A DNA stretch of 64,000 bases. Source: Fonticula-like sp. SCN 57-25 (taxonomy: Eukaryota). The notes beneath the pieces were generated by a model that was given only the letters and a program-made list of their open reading frames with translations, made no database searches and was not told the DNA's origin. The stretch spans positions 1-64,000 of the forward strand of contig MEDX01000011.1 in NCBI GenBank assembly GCA_001724245.1, written 5' to 3'. The position numbers and the translations under genes are program-made. Shown piece after piece: positions 48,552-58,634 of this stretch (position 1 is the first letter of the stretch; each line of letters begins with the position of its first letter).

Positions 48552-51500
48552 ATGGTGCGCGAGCGCGGCGGATGAGGGCGGGAAGTGACATGAAGGGCCG
48601 GGAGAGGGCGCAGCGCGTGCCACTGATAACCGCATTATGTTGATTTGCTGCTTGATTGCTAACACTTTTGACGCGCTTCTTTTTTCTTCCCCGTATCTTT
48701 TGTGTTGGTGCACAGCCGCTTCGGTTGGAAATCAAGGTGCGACGCCCGCTTGCGCGCGCCCTACAGCGAGTTAACCTTGCTTTCTTTTCTTTTAATGTTG
48801 CAGCGGAAGATTTCGGCCCGCTCGGACCGTGTCAAGGCGGTTGACTTTCACCCGACCGAGCCGTGGATCCTCGCGGCGCTCTACAATGGCAATGTTCACG
48901 TGTGGAACTATGAGAACAAGAACATGGTCAAGTCTTTTGAGGTGTCGGAGCTGCCCGGTGCGTCACTGTTAATACACTAGTTGTGTTGCTTATGTGCTTT
49001 TCAGTGCGCGCCGGCAAGTTTATCCCCCGCAAGAACTGGATTGTAACTGGCGCGGACGACATGTTTGTGCGCGTGTTCAACTACAACACGCACGAAAAGG
49101 TATCTGCGTTCGAGGCGCACGCCGACTACATCCGCAGCATCTCTGTTCACCCGACTCAGCCTTTCTTCATCACCTGCGCCGATGACATGCTCATCAAGCT
49201 GTGGGATTGGGACAAGGGGTTCAAGAACGTGCAGGTGTTTGAGGGCCACAGCCACTACGTAATGCAGGTGCTGTTCAACCCCAAGGACTCGAACACCTTT
49301 GCCAGCGCGTCGCTCGATCGCACCGTCAAGGTGTGGAGCCTCGGCTCGCCCGTGCCCAACCTCACCCTCGAGGGCCACGAGAAGGGCGTCAACTGCCTCG
49401 ACTACTTCCCCGGCGGCGAGAAGCCGTACCTCGTGTCCGGCGCCGACGACCAGTGCGCCGCTTTTTCCCGGCTTTTTGCTATCTCTTGCTAACGCACGGC
49501 CGCCAGCACGGTCAAGGTCTGGGACTACCAGCAGAAGACGTGCGTGCAGACGCTCGAGGGCCACACGCAGAACGTCTCTGTCGTCGGCTTCCACCCCGAG
49601 CTGCCCCTCATCATCAGTGGCTCCGAGGACGGTACGTTAACCCTGCTCGCTGTGAGCCCCGCGCTCATTGCCTTTTTTGCAGGAACGATCCGCCTGTGGC
49701 ACTCGAACACGTACCGCCTGGAGAACACGCTCAACTATGGCATGGAGCGCGTCTGGGCGCTGAGCGTCATGCGCGGGTCGAACGACGTCGGTCTCGGTTT
49801 CGACGAGGGCTGCGTCGTCATCAAGCTCGGCCGCGAAGAGCCGGCGGTCAGCATGGACTCGAGCGGCAAGATCGTGTGGGCGCGCCACAATGAGATTCAG
49901 ACGGTGAACCTCAAGAGCGGTATCAACGAGGATGCCGTTGACGGCGAGCGCCTCAACCTCCCCGTCAAGGACCTCGGGAGCTGCGAGGTGTACCCGCAGA
50001 CGCTGCAGCACAACCCGAACGGCCGCTTTGTCGTCGTTTGCGGCGACGGCGAGTACATTATTTACACGGCGCTCGCGTGGCGCAACAAGAGCTTTGGACA
50101 GGCGCTCGATGTCGTCTGGTCGGCCGATTCGAACGAGTATGCCGTCCGCGAGACGTCGATCAAGGTGAAGCTTTTCAAGAACTTTAAGGAGAGGCATTCC
50201 ATGAAAATGGCCTTTGCTGCCGACGGTATTTTCGGCGGCGCTCTTTTGGCGCTCAAGGGCAGCAACTTTGTCTGCTTTTACGACTGGGAGACGTGCGCGC
50301 TGATTCGCCGTATCGATGTCTTGCCAAAGAATGTCTACTGGTCGGCGGAGGGCGACATGCTTGTGATCGCCTGCGAGTCGTCTTTCTTTGTTCTTCGCTA
50401 CAACCGTGATGCTGTCGCGGAAAAGATCAACTCGGCGGGCCCCGAGGGCGTCGAGGAGGCCTTTGAGGTGCTGTCCGAGATTAACGAGACGGTGCAGACG
50501 GGCTGCTGGGAGGGCGACTGCTTCATCTACACGAGCACGGCCAACAGGCTAGACTACTACGTTGGCGGCCAGACCACGACGGTCGCTCACTTTGACAAGC
50601 CCCTGTACCTCCTCGGCTACATCTCGGCCAACAACCGCGTCTACCTCGTGGACAAGGACCAAAACATCACGAGCTACGGCCTTTCGCTGCTCGTGCTCGA
50701 GTACCAGACTGCGATCCTGCGCGACGAGGACGAGGTCGCCGCGTCCATTCTCCCGCGCCTCCCCGACGACCAGCGCAACAAGATCGCGCGCTTCCTCGAG
50801 TCCCGCGGCAAGGTCGACCTGGCGCTCGAGGTGTCCACGGACGCCAGCTACCGCTTTGACCTGGCGGTGCAGCTCAAGCGCCTCGAGACGGCGTTTGCGA
50901 TCGCGTCCGATGTTGACTCGCCGCAAAAGTGGCGCCAGCTGGCGGACCTGTCGCTGACGGACCCGTCCAAGGTTTCCATCGCCGAGGACTGCCTGCGCAA
51001 GGCCAAGGACATGAGCGGGCTCCTCCTCCTCTACCTCGCGCAGGGCAACGCCGACGGGCTCTCCTACGTGGCCAAGGAGGCCGAGGCCTCGGGCCAGCAC
51101 AACGTCGCGTTTGTCTCGCTCTTCCTCCACGGCCAGCTCGAAAAGTGCATTGACCTGCTCGTCAAGGCCGACCGCGTCCCCGAGGCCGCCTTCCTCGCGC
51201 GCACTTTCCTCCCCAGCCAGGTGCCGCCGCTCGTCAAGCTCTGGCGCGAGTCGCTCGCAAAGACGCACAAAAAGTTTTCGGACGCGCTCGCCGACCCGTC
51301 GTCGCACCCGGACTTGTTCCCCGACTATGCGCTGGTACGCTGCGCCGTACACTGATGCGGCTGTGAATGCTGACCTTGTGTTGCAGGGGCTCGAGGCCGA
51401 ACAGATCTTCCGCGAGGAGCGCGACGACCCGCTTTCGTCGATCACTTACGTGGACAATCGCCAGTCGCTTCATCGTGACATGCTCGACGGTGCGCTTTTT

Positions 51501-51810
51501 TTTTGCTCGTGGACGGCTGCTGACGCCAGATACAGAGGCCCGGAACCCGATTCCGGCCGAGGACGAGGAGGCCGGGCAGACCCCGACCGCGCCGGCCAGC
51601 CCCGTAAAGGCGCCGTTGAGCCCCGCCAAGGCGCCGGGTAGCCCCGCGAGGGTCGCGTCAGAGGACAGCGTGCCCAGCCCGGCTCGCACTCCGGTGCAGG
51701 CGACGCCAGCGGCCGAGCCTGAACTCGACCTTGATGAGGAGCTCGAGCTGGCCGACGAGGGCGCCGACGGCGTTGCTGACGACGCCGAGTTTGACGAGCT
51801 ACTTGGTTAG
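48552..51810 (+). CDS. COPB2: Coatomer subunit beta'
   Basis: [31 protein letters not shown]40 repeats, [16 protein letters not shown] and [12 protein letters not shown]; acidic tail. Confidence 0.97.
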
Positions 51811-52003
51811 GCGCCTGCCGTGCTCGCCCCCTTGCCATAGGACCGAGCACATTTGCTTGTATTTCTCTCTTTTATACTACGACACCTTTCTTGCATCGCG
51901 CAATACAATCGAAACGAATGAACCAAAATAATCGCGATCGATGGTCGATCCGGATTGATCTGTCAACATTCAGCATTCCGTGACACGATTGGGTGCGGCA
52001 AGG

Positions 52004-53010
52004 ATGGGCAAGATCGAGCGGATTATTGAGGAGGCGGAGGCGATAAATGCCAAAAAGCTCAACCTGGGAGACATGGGTCTCAAGGAAGCGCCCGCCGACT
52101 TGAAAAGGCTGGAAAAGCTCGAGTTGCTGACGCTTTCCAACAACAAGATCAAGTCGCTCCCGGCGACGTTCTTCACTGGACTGCCGCGCTTGGAGAGTCT
52201 CAACCTGTTCAACAACGGTCTGAAAGAAATCCCCGCAAACATCAATACGCTCTCCCATTTGCGCACATTACTCGCTTCGTACGTTTTTTTGGCCTTGAGT
52301 TGTGCCATTTCTTACGCGGTCCCACAGTGTAAACAGCATCAAGGCGATCCCCCGCGGGTTTGGTAGCTGCCCCTCGCTCACATTTGTCGATTTGAGCTTT
52401 AACCAGATTGACGTGATCCCCGCCAACATTGGCTTTTTGAGTGCGCTCTTCTTTTAGCGGAATGTACTTAAGCTGACACGCGTATCCAGCGACGCTGCGC
52501 GTCCTGCATCTCGCCGATAACAAGCTGACTGTTTTGCCGCCAGAGATCGGCAAGCTCACTCAGCTTGAGACTGTACGTAGTGTGTACATGCCGCCTCCGT
52601 ACGCTGACGTATTTCTGTAGCTTGTCCTGCGCGACAACAGCATCACGGCCATCCCCGCCGAGATCGGCAGCTGCTCGCGGCTCAAGGTGCTCTTCCTTCA
52701 AAACAACCTGATCGAGGCTTTCCCGCGGGAAATCTGTGCGTCTCCCGCTTCAGTCCTTTTCTTTTTTCTAATGGGCATCGCTAGGCGGCCTCGACCTCCT
52801 CGGGCCAAAGTCGGCGTTCAAGATCAGCAGCAACCCGATCATGCCCGATCTCTTGAAGCACTTTCAGGTCAGCGTCGCCGACGCCTTTGAGTACATGCGC
52901 TCGGACCAGTACGACACCGACCTGCTGTCGCACAGGTACGACTGAATGGCCACTTTTTCTTATCTTGTTACTAACGCGTGTTCGGCGATCATAGGATGAA
53001 GGCCAAGTAG
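52004..53010 (+). CDS. RSU1: Ras suppressor protein 1 (LRR protein, PINCH partner)
   Basis: LRRs with IPRGFGS, TTLRVLHLADN, LPPEIGKLTQLE and LRDN; C-terminal LDLLGPKSAFK...NP...FQVSVADAFEYMRS parallels recalled RSU1. Confidence 0.88.
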
Positions 53011-53475
53011 TGGACTCTTTTCTTATGTAAATTATTATGATTTTCAAGTATTCATTACAATGGCATACAAGCAAACAAACGCGTATAATTACAAATCAAA
53101 AAGTATCTCACACAAAATGGAGCGAAACCAGCTCCTGGTGGGGCACGAGTGGGCAGCAGATGCTTGCCTGTCGCTGAACGACGATAGCGGGTAAGCATAT
53201 GCTTTCGTATTCCAATCCCACGCTAGTGCGTACTGAAATAGGCTTCAGTGGTGAACCACTGCGAGGCGTCGGAATGACGCAAGCCTGTGCTTGGTAGTAT
53301 ACCTTATGTCTGGTCGCACCAATGGAGAGGGGGGGCGGGAACCTAGCCATGCATCGCACACAGATAACCGTACCCAGAGACGCAGCCACAAATGCTGACA
53401 GAAACCGGGAATGAGCTACGCCGACACAAACGAGCTAAAGTCAAAACTAATAAATTCTCACGCTATATCTCTCTA

Positions 53476-53871
53476 TCAGTGAGCGGGGACGACGCGGTTC
53501 CCGTTGAGGTCCGTGAGACGGAGGAGGACGGAGTTGCGGCCCTTGGGGCGCGACCCGTGAAGGCGACGGCGAACAGAGCGACGACGAGCAAACCTAGACT
53601 TGAAGGAAGACCTACGATCTGTGGGCAAGAGGCTAGAATGCTGGTCCACATCAAAGTATTCAATGAGTGAGCTGTACCCGCTAGAGTGCGACGCGGGTGC
53701 CGAGATTCCTTCGTGCTCAGGGAACACTGGGGGGTCACAAGCGTCAGCATTCTGTACATCCTCACAACAACAACTACTCTCATCCTCACAAACCACGCAT
53801 GACTTACCCAGAAAAGTCTCGTGGGACTCAATCCCAAACATGTTCATCATGTCCTGCAGCGACGGCGACAT
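53476..53871 (-). CDS. Possible small hypothetical gene
   Basis: ATG ORF of 131 aa containing a plausible GTAAGT...GCTGAC...CAG intron; no recognisable domain. Confidence 0.3.
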   Translation of the reverse strand: MSPSLQDMMNMFGIESHETFLGKSCVVCEDESSCCCEDVQNADACDPPVFPEHEGISAPASHSSGYSSLIEYFDVDQHSSLLPTDRRSSFKSRFARRRSVRRRLHGSRPKGRNSVLLRLTDLNGNRVVPAH

Positions 53872-54180
53872 GATGGCGCGTAGATGGATGCGTACGAAGC
53901 GGCGATTCAGCGGCGGATGGCGCCGGGGATGGATGCTGTGTTGTTGGCGGGCACGGATGACGCACTCGAGCGTTGACCAAACTAGGTGGTGCCACTTTGA
54001 TCTACCCCGAGCGATTTCAGAGGGACAATTTTTAACAATTTTTATTCTACCCTCATAATCGCATGCGTTTACGCACTTGTCAACTTCAAATTTCGAAACT
54101 TCCGCTGCGCGGAGAGTTGTTCAGGAGTACTAAACATCCCACTCACCACCTCGGCCACCGCTGACGTGTCTTGGCGAGGC

Positions 54181-56634
54181 ATGTTTGTGACGTCTTTGGC
54201 AAAGCTGCGCTGGAACCAGTCGCCCACCGAGATCATTCGCGGTGCGAATGAAGCGGTCCAGCGCCTGCGGAGCGTCTACGACGCCGTCTCCAAGTCGGCT
54301 GCGAGCAACAATGTGAGCGTTGAGACGATCCTCACTCCCGTGATTGAGGCGGAGACCGAGTACGCATCGGTGCGTGCCATGTTTGAGTTTCCCCAGCATG
54401 TGTCGCCCGACAAGGCGGCGCGCGACGCCAGCCACGATGCGGCAAAGACGCTCAGCTCCTTTGACGTGGAGACGAGCATGCGCAAGGACCTCTTTGAGGC
54501 ATTCTCCAAGCTGGACGAGCAGATCACGTCGCGCGGGCCTACGCTCCCCAGCGAGCACGAACGGTTCGCGCGCCCTACCTTTCCTGTGCGTGTATGTTAA
54601 CCACTTGTTCCGAAAAGGTACCTGAAGCGCGCACTGCGCGATGCGCGTCGTGACGGCCTCCACCTCGACGAGAGCCTCCGCACGCAGGTGCAGGAGTGCA
54701 AGGACACGATCAGCAAGCTCGGCCTCGAGTTTTCCAAAAACCTCAACGAGGAGAACACGATGCTCGAGTTTAGCGAGAGCGAGCTGGAGGGCCTCCCCGC
54801 CGACCTGCTCGAGACGCTCGAGAAGACCAGCGACGGTCGCCGCCGCATCTCCCTTAAGGTGCGCGCCGACGCCCCCTGCCACCGCCCGCATGCTCACATT
54901 TGCGCCATAGTACCCGCACTATTTCCCGGCGATGAAGACTGTAGTTAAGCCCGAGACGCGCCGCGCCCTTGAAAAGGCGTTCAACTCGCGCTGCAAGGAG
55001 AGCAACGCGCCGCTCCTTAAGCAGCTGAGCAGCTGGCGCCACAAGTTTGCGCAGCTCGTCGGGTTCCCGAACTATGCGCAGTACATGTCAGAGATCCTCA
55101 TGTCAAAGTCGTCGCTCACGGTGAAGGAGGTGCGCGTGTGCATGCGATTATGCACAATGCTTACGCTTCCTCTGCATAGTTCCTGGCGTCGCTCTGCGTC
55201 CGTCTGGAGGGCCTCGCGAGCGAGGAGCGCCGCGCGCTGCTGCTGCTCAAGGAGAAGGAGTGCAAGGCGCGCGGCCTTCACTTTGACGGCCACATCTTTG
55301 CGTGGGACTTTCGCTACTACCTCGGCAAGTACGAGGCCGAGCACTTCAAGGTGGACCACCAGGCGCTCAAGCTCTACTTTCCCATGGAGACGGTGACCAA
55401 GGGCCTGCTGCACATCTACCAGCACCTGCTCCACCTGCGCTTTATCAAGGTCGAGGGCGCCGCGACCGACGCGTGGCACCCCGACGTTGAGCTCTACCGC
55501 GCCGAAGACGCCGACACGAACGCGCTCGTCGGCCACTTTTACCTCGACCTCTTCCCGCGCGAAGGAAAGTACGGCCACGCCGCCGTCTTTGGGCTCCAGC
55601 CGGGCTGCGACCTCCCCGACGGGACGCGCCAGACGGCTGTGGCCGCCATGGTGGCAAACTTTTCAAAGCCGACGCAGGGGAGACCGTCCCTGCTGCTCCA
55701 CGAAGAAGGTCCGCAGCGAGCGCTCTTGTTATAGTATGCTGACATTATCATTGCAGTTGAGACGTACTTTCACGAGTTTGGGTACATTGTTGGTCGTCGC
55801 TCTTTTCTGTGCGCTAACCACTGAAACAGCCATCTGATGCACCAGCTGTGCTCCGTGGCCAAGCTCGCGCGCTTCAGCGGCACGAGAGTTGAGGTTCGCA
55901 GCCGCACTTTTATCTCTTTTCTTTGCTAACATTTTGCGCAGCGCGACTTTGTCGAGAGTGCGCCGAGGCCTTTTCTGTTTCATGCTTGATACTAATTTGT
56001 TTGTGCAGTGCCGTCGCAGATGCTTGAGAACTGGTGCTGGGAGCCGTCTTCGCTGGCGCTGATGAGCGGCCACTACGAGACCGGCGCGCCTATCCCCGAG
56101 GAAATGCTGCAGAACCTTCTTGCGTCCCGCACTGCCATGGTGCGCTGCCGAGCGTTGCCTTTGTTTGCACTCACCTTTGGTCTGTTAGGCCGGCCTCTTG
56201 ACGCGCCGCCAGATCCACCTCGCCACGTTCGACCAGTTCATGCACACGCAGCCGAACAACGACCTCCCCGCCATCTACCGCGTGCTTTCCGAGCAGATTG
56301 CGGGCATCCCCGCCACCGAGGGTACCGACATGTCGGCCTCGTTCGGCCACCTCGCCGCCGGCTATGCCGCGCAGTACTATGGCTACCTGGTACGCTACTT
56401 CAACTCTCTTTGCTGTTTGCTTATCGGGTGCTGAAGTGGAGCGAGGTGTACTCGTGCGACGCCTTTGAGACGCGGTTCAAGAAGAACGTCATGGACGCCG
56501 ACGCCGGTATGGACTATCGCATGTGCATCCTCGCGCCGGGCGGGTCCAAGGACGGCATCGATATGCTGAAAGACTTTATCGGCCGCGCCCCCAGCCAGGA
56601 TGCGTTCCTGCGCAGCCGGGGCCTTCACGTGTAA
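54181..56634 (+). CDS. M3A oligopeptidase (thimet oligopeptidase/neurolysin/Prd1-like)
   Basis: FYLDLFPREGKYGHAA, spliced zinc motif YFHEFG|HLMH, RDFVExPSQMLENW and FGHLAAGYAAQYYGYL|WSEV. Confidence 0.95.
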
Positions 56635-56735
56635 TCCAAGCAAGCCATATTGTATCGAATTTATTGTATCACTGCTTCCAAATCAATATACGCATTCGTG
56701 TCTGCTGCATTTTACAAGGTAATGTACTTACCACG

Positions 56736-57248
56736 TCACGCCCCGTGAAGATGCTCGGGGTGTAAACAGTGAACCGCTGACACAGGCTTTAACCTTTCCC
56801 CAAGCTCCAACGAAGCGGTCCCTATGCACAGCGCGAAACGGTCCACTGGCCGATCCTTCCACGCCGGAAAGTAGGCCTCGAGGGTGCGGAGCGCCTCGGC
56901 CTCGTCATTGTCGAGGCGCGCAGATGTATGAAACTCGAAACGCCGCCCTGTCAATGACATGGCGCCCTCCAGCTGCGCCAACTCTATAAAATCGCCTTTT
57001 AGTGCCTCGGCGTCCCAGCCGGTGCCTTTCCCCGCCGACATCTCGGCGGCAAACACGCGCGGGAGACCCTGAGGGAAGCAGCAATCGTTGAAAAAATCGG
57101 GCGGCGCCTCCGTCTCTTCCCCCTTTAATAAAACCACTTGCTTTGTGCTCCTGTCCACCAGGTGCGCCAGAAAAGCCCACTTTGCCGCCTCCTCATCTCC
57201 CCTGTTGTCCAGCGCCACCACGGCGATCCACCGATCCCGCGTGTCCAT
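56736..57248 (-). CDS. Intronless orphan protein (about 170 aa)
   Basis: Open frame from ATG 57248 with globular-protein composition, divergent from the next gene across a CCAAT-containing spacer; no motif recognised. Confidence 0.5.
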   Translation of the reverse strand: MDTRDRWIAVVALDNRGDEEAAKWAFLAHLVDRSTKQVVLLKGEETEAPPDFFNDCCFPQGLPRVFAAEMSAGKGTGWDAEALKGDFIELAQLEGAMSLTGRRFEFHTSARLDNDEAEALRTLEAYFPAWKDRPVDRFALCIGTASLELGERLKPVSAVHCLHPEHLHGA

Positions 57249-57453
57249 TTGGCGGGAAAACACTGCTAACAAACCCCCCGTCGTAATGCTGACTGTCCTT
57301 TACCAATCATTACGCCAAGATTACGGTTGTCAGTTGGGAAAACCGCCTGCGGGTACGCTAGCGGCGGGCATCTTGAAGGGTCTTCCCATTTGCTGCCGCG
57401 TTCCTCGGTTGCCGCAGCCCCTGCTCTGCATACGCTGACGATCTAGAGGCACG

Positions 57454-58389
57454 ATGGATCCCGCAGTGATGCCGCCGCTTCCTGCGGACAAGCAAGTTCC
57501 TTCCCCCAACGTCCTGTCCTCGTCCGTGGTCGGATTCAGCGAGTCTGAGCTGCTCTCGGCCATCACCAAGGAGCTGCAGATCTTGCGCGAGGAGGTCCGC
57601 GAGCTGCGTCGGTTTGACGCGCGCATGTCCGAGATCGAGAAGCGCCAGCTGCTGCACCAGGAGGTGATGGACAGGCTGACGCGCGTGCTCGACGAGCAGA
57701 CCAACCCGCTCGAGCTGACGCTGTCGCACAAGAGGCGGCTCCGGCGCTTCCTCAAGGAGCTCGACCTGAACGAGAAGCTGTCGCAGGCGTCCACTTCGCG
57801 CATGGTGCGCATAACATGATTTTGTAGATGCCGTACGGTTGGCTGATGACGCGCATGCTGTGAGCAGTACAGCGCAATGTACGACGACCTCACCCAGCAG
57901 GCGATGGAGGACGCCAGCATCCAGCCCACGATGCGCGACCTCGTTCGCGAATACATCATCAAGGCTGTCAAGAATCGCAAGGACCATATCCGCCGGAGCT
58001 CGGAAGGCGGCTTGCAAAAGTCAAAAGGGTGCGCACCTGATCTTTTTCTGCCTTGACTCACAATGTCGCTTGCAGGCACGAGAGGTCCGACTCGGACGTA
58101 CGCCTATCTACCCGCCTGCCCATCGCCGCGCGCCTTTACTGACCCCTTTTTGCCTCTTTTTTCCCCCTTTTGCTCACAGTCTGACCGCGAATCGTCGTCC
58201 AAGGTATCGTCGCGGCCGGTGACCGATGCCGACATGCCGATCGACCCTTCGTCGTCCGCGCACCAGATGCTCGGCGTCGGCATGATCGCGGGCCTCAATG
58301 ATCAGCCCAGCTTGCCCATGCTCCCCGAGAGCAGCGCCGATACCAAGAACATCCCGGCGCTCAAGCGCCCGCGCATCGACTCCCGCTAG
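57454..58389 (+). CDS. Coiled-coil, probably nuclear protein of unknown function
   Basis: Host-like codon usage and canonical introns; N-terminal coiled coil (KELQILREEVRELRRFDARMSEIEKRQ); C-terminal NLS-like KRPRID. Confidence 0.7.
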
Positions 58390-58634
58390 ATTTGCTTTCT
58401 ATTGCTTCTGCCCTTTTGCTGTTTGTTTGACTTTGAGCCGCGCCTCGCTGGTCGCTGCGGGGCCGCAGTCGCTTTCGTGTCGCACCTTTGAGCGCCATTT
58501 TCGAATATGCGCTCTAGTTTTAGACCTTTATTTGCTTTGATTTGCGTGTTTCCCTTTGTGCCATGTTGATCGCCTGCCGGCATTCCCAATGGACTAGAAA
58601 TCTATATTGACAAACTGGTACACTTTCCCGCGTT

